Positions 1 to 11,800 of a stretch of 64,000 bases of DNA are shown piece by piece. Each line of letters starts with the position of its first letter. Within the stretch, counting starts at the first letter, position 1. A model generated the notes under the pieces. That model searched no databases, was not told where the DNA came from, and saw only the letters and a list, made by a program, of their open reading frames with translations. This DNA comes from the human T2T-CHM13v2.0 reference genome, Homo sapiens. A program made the translations under genes and the position numbers. The stretch is from the NCBI RefSeq assembly GCF_009914755.1, contig NC_060946.1; one strand, written 5' to 3'.

Positions 1-32
1 CGCCCTTTCCGCTGCTAGGCTGCGCCCGAGGC

Positions 33-66
33 TATTTAAACCCACCCTGGCTGGCCTGTACTCAGA
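33..66 (+). promoter_or_regulatory. Core Pol II promoter: TATA-like box plus initiator
   Basis: TATTTAAA at 33-40 and CTCAGA at 61-66 (fits the BBCA+1BW Inr). The first T lies 31 nt upstream of A64. Local context is CpG-containing. Confidence 0.55.
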
Positions 67-190
67 TCTTCGCGGAGCGGATCAGCGGCCGGAGCGTTTG
101 GCGGACTCTGCGTGGACTTGGAGCTCACAGTGTCTTGCGACTTGGAAGCGGATTCAGAGGACAGGACAGAACACGTGGGCAAGTGAATCT

Positions 191-327
191 CTGTCTGTCT
201 GTCTGTCTGTCTCATTGGTTGGTTGATTTCCATTTTCTTAAGGGGCACATACCTCACACCGCACACACACAAACACACACCGCACACACAAACACACACA
301 CACACACACACGCGCGCACACACACAC
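191..327. repeat. (CTGT)n and interrupted (CA)n microsatellites
   Basis: ctgtctgtctgt at 191-211; CA-rich run at ~256-327. Confidence 0.9.
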
Positions 328-388
328 TCCTTCCTTCTTCGAGTTAGAAAATTGGTACGGGCCCCTGGGAGCTGCAGGTTTCCTAATC

Positions 389-1201
389 ATGTCTGCACCT
401 AAGAACAGTAGGGTCTTGTCTGGCTCTTCTTATGAACGGTCCCCCAGCCCAGACTCCCCAAGGTCCATGCGAGCCTCACCCAGCTTCTTCCTCTCCCCTC
501 TCAGAATCTCTTGCTTAAGGGGAAGCTCCTCACCAGGGATCCGGAGCTACCATTCACCATCCCCTAGGGCTTCACCACACTCACCTCTGTCATCACCAGA
601 ATCCCACAAGCTCCCATTTCCCTGTCCTCACCGTGATGGGCAATCAATGAAGACATTGGGCTCTCCCGTGTCCTCCTCTGAGGATTCCTCAGAGTCCCCA
701 CGTTCATCAATAATATACCACATGCTCTTACTGCCATCACCCAGCAGCTCACCCCCAGCTCTCGGGGGGTCTCCTTTGTCTCCCAGCTACTCTCCAAACA
801 ACCCCAGATTTCAGCTGGAGTCAGCCCCCCACACCCAGGAATCACCTACAAACTCATGAGCCTCACGGTGCTCCACCCCTGTGTCTTTCATCTCTTCACC
901 CCCAGGCCTCAGGGACTCTCCTGTGGCTCCCAGTTACTCTCCAGCCATCCCCAGGTTCCTGTGGGAGTCAGCCCCATGCACCCAGGAGTCCCCCAGAGAC
1001 TCACAGGTCTCGGGAGAATATGAGTGGTCCCCCAGCCCTGACTCCTCAAGATTCATGCCTGCCTCACCCAGCTTCTCCCTCTCCCCTCCCAGAAACTCAG
1101 ACCCAAGGGGCAGCTCCTCACCAGAGATGTGGAAGTATTCTACATCACCACGCATGGCTTCACCACTCTCCTTACCATTAGAACACTCAGTAATCATATG
1201 A
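389..1201 (+). pseudogene. Interrupted SP-rich ORF with Pol II CTD-like heptads (one in-frame TGA at 857-859)
   Basis: ORFs 389-859 and 881-1201 share a frame. The ATG has A at -3. Translation gives heptads such as SPLSPSY, SPNNPRF, SPVAPSY, SPAIPRF. Confidence 0.45.
410..1180 (+). repeat. ACRO1-type 147-bp satellite (degenerate, ~5 units)
   Basis: ctcccag(c/t)tactctcca recurs at 780 and 927 (147 bp apart); ggtcccccagccc recurs at 438 and 1026 (588 = 4x147). The period matches the ACRO1 satellite of acrocentric arms. Confidence 0.8.
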
Positions 1202-1709
1202 ATTGTGCAGTTGTTGTTTTGCTTAACTCTTTTTGTTTGTTTATGCTTGGGGTTTTATTGTTGTTGTTTCACTTTTCTCCCATCTCTTCCTGACTTGGTC
1301 AAATCCAAAGGAATGTTCCAAATTATGGGGAGCAAGTCCTCTGAATTGGCTAAAACTCCTATGGCTGCAAAAAAACAAACAAATAAACAACAAAAAAAAG
1401 CATTCCAGTTAGCAGAAATTATTTTTTAAACCTTTTTTTTTACGTAACTGGTCTCATCTACATAAAAAGGTCATCCTTTTGCTAGCCAAGGCCAAACTGA
1501 AGGAGTAGTGGTGGTGACCCAATGTGAAGATTCTGCCCTGTTCACTACAGAAACCTGAGTTTGGTTCCTAAGTCTAGTTCTTTCTGTTTGATATTTGTGT
1601 TACTTTTAAAACGTCAGCAGTTTGTCCCAGCTATGATGTGGTAGTAAAAGATTCAAAAGGGGTTTCTTTACAGGTTCTATGATTAAAAGCTTAATTTAAA
1701 GCAAATTTC

Positions 1710-2806
1710 TTTTTTTTTAAATTATACTTTAAGTTCTGGGGTACATGTGCAGAACATGCAGGTTTGTTACATAGGTATACACATGCCATGGCGGCTTGCT
1801 GCATCCATCAACCCATGATCTACATTAGTTATTTCTCCTAATGCCATCCCTCTCCTAGCCCCCCACGCTGACAGGCCCTGGTGTGTGATGTTCCCCTTGC
1901 TGTGTCCATGTGTTCCCATTGTTCAACTCCAAGTTATGAGTGAGAACATGTGGTGTTTGGTTTTCTGTTCTTGTGTTAGTTTGCTGAGAATGATGCTTTC
2001 CAGCTTCATTCATGTCCCAGCGAAGGACGTGGATTCATCCTTTTTATGGCTACATAGTATTCCATGGTGTATATATGCCACATTTTCTTTATCCAGTCTA
2101 TCATTGGTGGGCATTTGGGTTGGTTCCAAGTCTTTGGTTTTGTGAAAAGTGCCGCCATAAACAGACAGGTGCATGTGTCTTTATATTAGAATGATTTATA
2201 ATTTTGGGGGTATTTACCCAGTAATGGGATTGCTGGGTCAAATGATATTTCTAGTTGTAGATCCTTGAGGAATTGTCACACTGTCTTCCACAATGGTTGA
2301 ACTAATTTATATTCCCACCAACTGTGTAAAAGCGTTCCTATTTCTCCACATCCTGTCCAGCATCTGTTGTTCCCTGATTTTTTAACGATAGCCATTCTAA
2401 GTGCTGTGAGATTGTATCTCATTGTGGTTTTGATTTCCATTTCTCTAATGACCAGTGATGATGTGCTTTGCTTCACATGTTCGTTGGCTGTATAAATGTC
2501 TTCTTTGGTAAGTGTCTGTTCATATCCTTTGTCCACTTTTTGATGGGGTTGTTTGTTTTTTTTTTTCTTGTAAGTTTGTTCTTTGTAGATTCTGCATATT
2601 AGCCCTTTGTCAGATGGATAGATTGCAACAATTTTCTCCCATTCTCTGGGTTGCCTGTTCACTCTGATAATAGTTTCTTTTGCACTGCAGATACTGTTTA
2701 GTTTAGTTAGATCCCATTTGTCAATTTTGGCTTTTGTTGCCATTGCTTTTTGTGTTCTGGTGATGAAGTCTCTGCCTATGGCTCTGTCCTGAATGGTATT
2801 GCCTAA
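1710..2806 (-). mobile_element. L1PA 3' portion (ORF2 C-terminus, 3'UTR, poly-A)
   Basis: Poly-T at ~1710 followed by the reverse-complement L1 3'UTR (attatactttaagttctggggtacatgtgcagaac). ORF 2276-2845 matches the ORF2p C-terminus ([14 protein letters not shown]...[16 protein letters not shown]). Confidence 0.95.
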
Positions 2807-2829
2807 CACAAGGACATTTATGTGCCTGA

Positions 2830-3330
2830 GTGCTATACCACCCACAGTAATTTATAGATTTATTGCTATCCTCATTAAGCTACCATTGACTTTCTTCATA
2901 GAATTAGAAAAACTACTTTAAATTTCATATGGAACCATAAAAGAGCCCACATAGCCAAGACAATCCTAAGCAAAAACAACAAAGCTAGAGGCATCACAGT
3001 ACCTGACTTCAAATTATTCTACAAGACTACAGTAACCAAAACAGCATGGGGCTGGTACCAAATCAGATCTATAGACCAATGGAACAGAACAGAGGCCTCA
3101 GAAATGACACCACACATCTAAAAGCATCTGATCTTTGACAAACCTGACAAAAACAAGCAATGGGTAAAGGATACCCTATTTAATAAATGATCTTGGGAAA
3201 ACTGGCTAGCCTTATGCAGAAAACTGAAACTGGGCCACACCCATACACCTTAAACAAAAATTAAGTAATATGGATGAAAGAGTTAAATGCAAGACCTAAA
3301 ACAATAAAAAATCTAGAAGAAACCTAGGCC
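2830..3330 (+). mobile_element. Inverted 5' segment of the same L1 (twin-priming inversion)
   Basis: Plus-strand ORF2 sequence ends at ctagaagaaacctagg, the L1 position where the minus-strand segment begins (taggcaataccattcagga). Confidence 0.85.
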
Positions 3331-3388
3331 AACAACCTCAGGGGAAATGTACCTGTAATGAAATGCATGGTACAAACACGCATTCCTT

Positions 3389-5292
3389 GCTTCCTTGAGT
3401 GGGTGACGTTGATGGCTAGTCCAATCACTCCAGCCACACCCTTGCAAACGTGGCTGGTTCCTTTTTGAGCCAGCTTGGCTTTGCCCGGCATGCACAAGTC
3501 AGTGCAACAACTGTGACACAAATGGAGCCATACAGAGAAAATGAGCAGCAGGCTCAGGAGCAGGGTGTGCGCTGCCTTGGGGGCTCCAGTCCATGCCTCA
3601 GGGCTCATATGACACTGCGGGCTTCTTGGGTGCAAAGAGGCAGACCACAGGCCATCTTCAGGAGGCCTTTATTTTGAAGTGCAGAAAGCAGCCAGGATTA
3701 CCACCCGTGGGACTCGGCCTTTTGTGACCCTGGCCTGACAGAGTTTGGCCCAAGGCAGGACAAGCTCACTCAGAGCAACGTGTCAGTACCTGGGGCCTGT
3801 GCATGCCAGTCAAGGCCAAGCTGGCTCAAAGAGCAACCAGCCACCTCTGCAAGGGTGTGCCTGGAGCAGGTGGACCAGCCACCAACCTCACCCACTGAAG
3901 GAAGCCAGGATGGCCAGGTTTCCACAGCCTGAGTGGCTGCCTCCTGATGGCTGATGGAGCAGAGGCCTGAGGAAAAGCAGGTGGCATGTTTAACTCTTTA
4001 ATCTATCTTAAGTTAATTTTTGTATAAAGCAGATGGCACCGGTCCATGCCTCGGGGTTCATATGGCACTGTGGGCCACAGAAGGCTGAGTCCCCTGGGTG
4101 GTAATCCTGCCTGCTTTCTGCACTTGAACATAAAGTCCTCCTCAAGATGGCCTGTGGTCTACTTCTCGGCCCCACCTTTAGGGTAGAAGAACTGATGTAC
4201 CACGTCTGACAGTGAGTGAGGTTGACGGCTGGTCCACCTGCTCCTGGCACACCTTGCAGAGGTGGCTGCTTGCTCTTTGAGCCAGCTTGGCCTTGCCTGG
4301 CATGCACAAGCCTCACTGCAACAAGTGTACAACAAATGGAGCCATAAAGAGGAAATGATCAGCAGGCTCAGGAATGGGGCGTGCACTGCCTCTGTGGCTC
4401 CAGTCCATGCCTCAGGGCTCGTATGGCACTGTAGGCTTCTTGGTCGCCAAGAGGCAGACCACAGACGGTCTTGAGGAGGACTTTATGTTCAAGTGCAGAA
4501 AGCAGCCAGGATTAGCACCCAGGGGACTCGGCCTTCTGTGGCCCTGGCCAGAGGTAGAATTTGGCCCAACACACTACAAGCTGACTTGGAACGGCATATA
4601 GGTAGCTGGGGCCTGTGCATGCCAGGCAAGGCCAAGCTGGATCAAAGAGCAAGCAGCCACCTCTGCAAGGGTGTGCCTGGAGCAGGTGGAGCAACCACCA
4701 ACCTCACCCACTCAAGGAAGCAGGGATGGCCAGATTCCTACAGCCTGAGGGGCTGCCTCCTGATGGCTGATGGAGCAGAGGCCTAAGGAAAAGCAGATAG
4801 CACTGTGGCCCTAACTGTAGGGTAGAAGAACTGATGTAACCCGACCGGCAGCAAGTCAGGTTGGTGGCTGGTCCACCAGCTCCAGGCACACCCTTGCAGA
4901 GGTGGCCGGTTGCTTTTTGAGCCAGCCTGGCCTTCCTCAGTATGCACTAGTCAGTGCAACAACTGTGACACAAATGGAGCCACACAGAGAAAATGAGCAG
5001 CAGGCTCAGGAGCAGCGTGTGCGCTGCCTTGGGGGCTCCAGTCCATGCCTCAGGGCTCATATGGCACTGCGGGCTTCTTGGTTGCAAAGAGGCAGACCAC
5101 AGGCCATCTTCAGTAGGTCTTTATGTTGCAGTGCAGAAAGCAGCCAGGATTACCACCCGTGGAACTCGGCCTTTTGTGACCCTGGCCTGACAGAATTTGG
5201 CCCAAGGCAGGACAAGTTCACTCAGAGCAACGTGTCTGTACCTGGGGCCTGTACATGCCAGGCAAGGCCAAGCTGGTTCAAAGAGCAACCAG
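3389..5292. repeat. Three tandem foldback units (A' - B - A), partly SNX18-derived
   Basis: A ~100-110-bp module alternates in orientation: minus at 3389-3498, 4211-4312, 4858-4950; plus at 3796-3905, 4610-4712, 5246-5292. The ~295-bp spacer B encodes KRQTTDGLEEDFMFKCRK, similar to the SNX18 PX-domain segment EKQATGRFEEDFISKRRK. Confidence 0.85.
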
Positions 5293-5296
5293 AGCA

Positions 5297-6071
5297 TCCA
5301 TTCTGGTGGATGAGCCAACCACATGGCCAGCTTCTGGGTGTGGGCACAGTGCCACATCTTCCATCACTTTCTGATATATCCCACCAGCACTGAAGAGACA
5401 GCCTGGAGAGAGTGCAAGAGGAAGGCTGAGAAGGATGAGATGGTGAGTGCTGGCTTCTTTCTGACCCTCAGCACACCCCCAGGTGGTGACCATCAACCTT
5501 TAGGGGTGGGAGAGCAAGATTGATGGCTTCAAATACTTCCCCAAGAAGATGGACACAGGCCACTCAGCTCAACCTCACAGCCAATGAGTTGACATGCAAG
5601 CAGATGACAGTGACAGGCTTTTAGAAAGAGCTTCAGAAGGCGGCCAGTTTTTCTTCGGCCTCAGCCAGGCCTTGGAACTTGACTAGGCCATCCACTTCAC
5701 CAGAGATGCCTTCAAGAACATCAGTGAGCTCCTTGCCAATCCGTCCAGGAAGGACCTGGACCCAGCCATGGACCTGTTAGTGCTGTCTCAGGGACACCAG
5801 ACCAACATCCTGGACATCATCCTCATATACAAGGAAGCTCTTACGACAGTCACGGAGAACAGGCAACATGTGGCAGAAGGGAAGACAGAGGTACAGAGGC
5901 TGATGGCATCATTATCACAGGAACAGGATTTCTTTGGCCACTTTGGCTGAAATTCACCACTTCTATCCAATCCACTCAAGCGAGAGACTTGAAATCACAG
6001 ATGGAACATTTCTTGCAACAAGAGATACTATTTTTTCAAAAAGTCACCTAAAATTTGATAGTGTTGAATGA
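5297..6071 (+). pseudogene. SNX18P: Processed SNX18 pseudogene (end of PX domain plus BAR domain), frameshifted
   Basis: Fragments [41 protein letters not shown] and MDLLVLSQGHQTNILDII..KEALT..RQHVAEGKTEVQ match the SNX18 C-terminal half. The sequence is contiguous across the parental QKG|ALTK exon junction and ends gatagtgtt (DSV). Confidence 0.9.
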
Positions 6072-6450
6072 CTAGCTATTCGAGTGTGGACTTTTTCCAG
6101 TGCACGGGTACTTTCTACAGCAGAATGATAACAGTATCAAAGGGCTGGTGCCAGCTATCGGTGGTAGTACAAGGATGACTTTGTGCTCAACTGAAACCCA
6201 GCTGAATATAGACTTGTGTAGGAAAGTGTTAATATGGTGATAGAATAGAAACAGTAGCAAATGAACTAAATCATACTATGAATGCCTACACTACCATTAT
6301 AACTTTTTGAAGAATGATAATACCACTTACTTTATTGCCTTTTGAAGTAGGAATATTTTAGTGGATATGCTATAGACCAGAAACCCTATAAAGAACCCCA
6401 AAGAAGCTGGCTGGATAAAGCCTGCTATGGATGTCTTTATACTCAAAGAC
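6072..6450 (+). other. Probable SNX18 3'UTR remnant of the pseudogene
   Basis: AT-rich non-TE sequence directly after the pseudo-stop; assigned by position only. Confidence 0.45.
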
Positions 6451-6459
6451 TGATGAGGC

Positions 6460-7590
6460 AATTCGAATATGTGTCCCCACCAAATCTCATGTTGAGTTAT
6501 GCTTCCTAATGTTGGAGGTGGATCCTGGTATAAGGTGATTGAATCATGAAGGCAAATTTCTCATGAGTGGTTCAGCACCATCCCCTTGGTACTGTCCTCA
6601 CAATCATGAGTGACTTCTCGTGAGATCTGGCCACTGAAAACTCTATATCACTCCCTACTCTCCGTGATTTCCTCTTGCCATGTGAGACAATTCACTCTTT
6701 CATTACCTTGCACAATGATTGAAAGATTTCTGAGGCCCCCCAGAAGCAGAAGCACTAAGCTTCCTGTCCACTCTGCAGAACCATGAGCCAATTAAACCTC
6801 TTTTTCAAAATAAATCTTACCAAAAATGGCAAATGAGGACTGGAGCATTCCTATAAAGATACCTGAAAATGTGGAAGCAACTTCGGAACTGGGTAATGGG
6901 TAGAGGTTGGAAGAGTTTGGAGGGATCCAAAGAAGACAGACAGATGAGAACATTTTTGGACCATCTTAGAGACTGGTTAAATGGCTGTGACAAGAATGCT
7001 GACAAAAACATGGACAGTGAAGGCCAGGCTGAGGGGGCCTCAGATAAAAATAAGAAGCTTTCTGGAAAATGTCTCTCTTTTGGATATAGAAAGCTTACAC
7101 AATGCCTGTACCATCATTGTACCTTAGACACAGTGAACTTGCTTTTTATTTCAGAGACTCGTAGGCAAAAGAGAATGTAGCCTTGACCCAGATGAGACTT
7201 TGGACTTTGTAACTTTGAGTTAATGCTGAAATGAGTTAAGACTTTGGGAGACTGCTGGCAAGGCATGACTGTATTTTGCAATGTGAGAAGGACATGAGAT
7301 TTGTGGGGTCAGGGACAGAATAATACGGTTTTTCTCTATGCCCCTTCCAAAACTCATGTGAAAGTACACTCCCTAATGTTAGAGTCGGTGCCTAGGTGGA
7401 AAAAGCTTTAATCATAAAGGGGTGGGAGTGGATCCTTCACAAATGGCAAAGCACCAAGCCCTTAATGCCATCCTCCTGATAGTGAGTGAGTTCTCATGAG
7501 ATCTAGTAGTTTAAAAGGCTGTGGAACCTCTTTCCTCTCTCTGTCTTGTTCCAACTTCTGCCATATGAAACATGTCATTGCCGCTTGGAT
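6460..7590 (+). mobile_element. MaLR (MST-type) element: LTR, internally deleted int, partial LTR
   Basis: LTR motifs ccaaatctcatgttg...ccatgagccaattaaacctc (6470-6810); int start aaagatacctgaaaatgtggaagcaact; int end gagactttggactt...ggacatgagattt; second LTR from ~7321. Confidence 0.85.
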
Positions 7591-7609
7591 TTCCGGTGTG
7601 GTTAGGAGG

Positions 7610-8520
7610 GACCTGATCAGTGTGGGCCTGGTCAGTGGACCTAGGTCAGTGAGGACTATTTAGTGGGATCGTGGTCAGCAGGGGTCTGCTTAGAGAGGGT
7701 CTCATTAGTGGGGTCTAGTAGTGGGGTTTTGGTGAGTGGGGACCTATTGGCTGCCAGTTGTTTGGTGTCTGGTCAGTGCAAACCTGGGCTGTGGGGCTTG
7801 ATCAGTGGAGACCTGGTCAGCTGGGGCTTAGTGCTGGCCTGGTCAGCATGGGCTGGGGCACTGGTGACCAGGTCAAGGGGTGCTATTCAGTGGAGGACTG
7901 GGCACATGGGACCTAGTCAGCAGACCCTGGTGGGCATGTCCTCATCAGTGAGGCCCTTGTCAGTGGGGCCCTGGTCAGGGCAGCCTTGTCAGCGGGACCT
8001 AATCTGTAGCATCCTGGTCAGAGACGACTTGGTCAGTGGTGACTTTTGCAGCACTGGTCTACAGGGTGACCTGGTCAGCGGAGATCTCAGCATTTGGTGC
8101 CAGTTCAGTGGGGTCTACTCACTAGGGTCCCAGTCAGGGGCATCTGGTGATCTTAGGCCTGGTTATTAGGGGCCTGATCAGTGGCAACCTGTTCCCTGGA
8201 GGTCTGGTCAGTGGGGCCTCATCTTTGGGGCCAGGGAATGAGGTCATGATCAGTGGAACTTGATCAGTGAGGCCTTGTCAATAATGACCTACTCAGTGAG
8301 GACTTGTCAGTAAGGACTTGGTCCGTGAGGCCTTGTCAGTGAGTCCTTGTCAGTAAGGTCCTGGTCAGTGGAGTCCTTGTCATTGTGGGCCTGGCAGTGG
8401 GGGCCTTGTTAGTGGGGCCTGGTCATGAGGGTCTAATCAGTGAGGGTGTCATCAGGGAGGACCTGATGTGTGGGGTCTGGTCAGCAGGGACCTGGTCAAT
8501 GTGGGCTGCTGAGCACTGCT
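7610..8520. repeat. Degenerate ~14-15-bp tandem repeat (consensus ~ctggtcagtggggc)
   Basis: Dozens of ggtcagtgg/gtcagtgagg variants at ~14-15-bp spacing; G-rich plus strand. Confidence 0.8.
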
Positions 8521-8849
8521 TGGATAAGCCAGGTGCAATGTGCATTATTGAAGGCCCTGTGGACAGCTGGGATAGCCCAGTGATGCCCAAGGGCCTAGTC
8601 AAAAGTGGACAAAGCACGTATTTGGATGGACCTGGGAGATCCTGCTCAGAGATTCTGACAGGACAAAGGTAAAGGAAGGGCCAGAGTGGCTGGAGAGATG
8701 GTCACAGTCTATGGGCTGCACAGGATGGAGGAGGCCAGGGAAAAGGCAGGGTGGGCAGTTGGGGTTCAGGGAGAGGCAGGTGCATGCTGGGAGGTCAGAC
8801 CCTGTGAAGGCTTTGGGGGCGTCAGGTTGGGTAGGCTCCAGGCACTCTC

Positions 8850-11800
8850 ACTCACATAGGATTCCAGAACACTGCTACAAGGCTCTGAGTGTTTGTCCCT
8901 CACGTAGGATTCCAGAACACTGCTGCCATTGTCTGAATGTTTGTCCCCCACATAGGATTCCAGAAGCCTGCTGCTGGGGTCTGAATGTTTGTCCCCCATC
9001 TAGGATTCCAGAACACTGCTGCGAGGGTCTGAATGTCTGTCCCTCACATATGATTCTAGAACATTGATGCTAGGGTCTGTATGTTTGCCCTTAACATATG
9101 ATTTCAAAACACTGCTCCTGGATTCTGAATGTTTGTCCTTCACATAGGAATACAGAACACTGCTGCTGGAGTCTGAATGGTTGTCACTCACATAGAATTC
9201 CAGAACACTGCTGTGAGGATCTGAATGTTTGACCCTCACATGGGATTCCAGAACACTGCTGCGAGTGTCTAAATGTCTGTCCCTCACACAGGATTCCCGA
9301 ACAATGTTACGAGGTTCTGAATGTTTGTCCCTAACATAGGATTCCAGAGCACTCCTGCTGTGCTCTGAATGCTTCTCCCTCACATAGGATTCCAGAACAC
9401 TGCTACGAGGGTCTGAATGCTTATCCCTCATATAGGATTCCAGAACACTTCTGCTGTGGTCTGAATGTTTGTTCCTCACATAGGATTCCAGAATACTCCT
9501 GCCGTGGTCTGAATGTTTGTCCCTCACATAGGATTCCAGAACATTCATGCTGGGGTCTCAATATTTCCCTTAACATAGGATTTCAGAACACTGCCCTTGG
9601 GGTCTGAATGTTTGTCGCTCACATAGGATTACAGAACACTGCTGCTGGAGTCTGAATGTTTGTCAGTCACATAGAATTCCAGAACACTGCTACAAGGGTG
9701 TGACTATTTCTCCCTCACCTAGTATTCCAGAACACTGTTGCAAGGGTCTGAATGTTGGTCTGCCATATAGGATTCCAGAACACTGATGCTGTGGTCTGAA
9801 TGTTTGTCCCTCACATAGAATTCCGGAACACTGCTACAAGGGTCTGAATGTTTGTCCTTCACATACCATTCCAGAACACTGCTGCCGTGGTCTGAATGTA
9901 TGTCCCTCACATAGGATTCCAGAACACTGCTACTAGGTTCTGAATGTTTTTCCCACACCTAGGATTCCAGAACACTTCTGCTGGTGTCTGAATGGTTGTT
10001 CCTCACATATGATTCCAGGACACTGCTATGAGAGTCTTAATGTTTGTCCTTCACGTAGGATTCTAGAACACTGCTCCCGTGGTCTGAATGTTTGTCCTTC
10101 ACATAGCATTCCAGAACACTGCTGCTGGGGTCTGAATGTCTGCCCCTCAAATCAGATTCCAGAGCACTGCTGCTGGGGTTTGAATGTCTTTCCCTCACAT
10201 AGAATTCCAGAACACGGCTGGGAGGGTCTGAATGTTTGTCCCTCACATGGGATACCAGAACACTGTTGCGAGGGTCTAAATGTCTCTCCCTCACATAAGA
10301 TTTCAGGACACTGCTACGAGGTTCTGAATGTTTGTCCCTCACATAGGATTCCAGAACACTGCCACGTGGGTCTGAATGTTTGCCCTCACATAGGATTCCA
10401 GAACACTACTGCTGGGGTCTGAATGTTTGACCCTCACATAGGATTCCAGAACACTCCTGCTGTGGTCTGAAAGTTTGTTCATCACATAGGACTCCAGAAC
10501 ACTCCTAAGAGGGTATGAATGTCCCTCACATAGTATTCCAGAACACTCCTTCTGTGGTCTGAATGTTTGTTCCTCACATAGGATTCGAGAACACTCCTGC
10601 TGTGGTCTGAATGTTTGTCCCTTACCTAGGATTCGAGAACATTCACGCTGGGATGTAAATGCTTGCCCTTAACATAGGATTTCAGAACACTGCTCCTGGG
10701 GTCTGAAAGTTTGTCCCTCACATAGGATTCCAGAACTCTCCTGCTGTGGTCTGAAAGTTTGTACCGCACATAGGATTCCAGAACACTGCTGCTGTGGTCG
10801 GAATGTTTTTCTGTCACATAGGATTCCAGAACACTGCGGCTGGGTTCTGAATGTTTGTCCCTCACATAGGATTTCAGAACGCTGCTACGAGGGTCTGATT
10901 GTTGGTCCCTCACATAGGATTCCTGAACACTGCTGCTGGGCTCTGAATGTTTGTCCCTCACATTGGATTGCAGAACACTACTGCTATGGTCTGAACGTTT
11001 GTCCGTCACATAGGATTCCAGAACGCTCCTGCTGTGGTCTGAATGTTTGTCTGTCACATAGGATTCCAGAACACTGCGGCTGGGCTCTGAATGTCCCTGA
11101 CATAGGATTCCAGAACATTGCTATGAGGGTCTGAATGGTTGTCTTTCACATAGCATTCCAGAACACTGCTACGAGGGTCTGAATGTTGGTCCCTCACACA
11201 GGATTCCAGAACCCTCCACCTGGGGTCTGAATGTTTGTCCCTCACAAAGGATTCCAGAACACTGCTATGAGGGTCTGAATATTTGTCCCTCACATAGGAT
11301 TCCAGAACACACCTGCTGTGGTCTGAATGGTTGTCCCTCACAAAGGATTCCAGAACACTCCTGCTGTGATCTGAATGGTTGTCCCTCACATAAGATTCCG
11401 GAACACTTCTGCTGTGGTACGAATGTTTGTGTCTCACGTAGGATTCCAGAACACTGCTACGAGGGTCTCAATGTTTGCCCCTCACGTAAGATTCCAGAAC
11501 ACTGCTGCTGGGGTCTGAATGCTTGTCCCTCACATACGATTACAGAACAGTGTTGCTGGGGTGTGAATGTTTGTCCCTCACAAAGGATTCCAGAACACTG
11601 CCATGAGGGTCTGAATATTTGTCCCTCACATAGGATTCCAGAACACTCCTGCTGTGGTCTGAATGGTTGTCCCTCACATAGGATTCCAGAACACTCCTGC
11701 TGTGGTCTGAATGGTTGTCCCTCACATAAGATTCCAGAACACTTCTGCTGTGGTACGAATGTTTGTGTCTCACGTAGGATTCCAGAACACTGCTACGAGG

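Noticed and set aside
5297-6071. Functional SNX18 paralog
   Set aside because: Frameshifts, stops and deletions, with no SH3 or intact PX domain.
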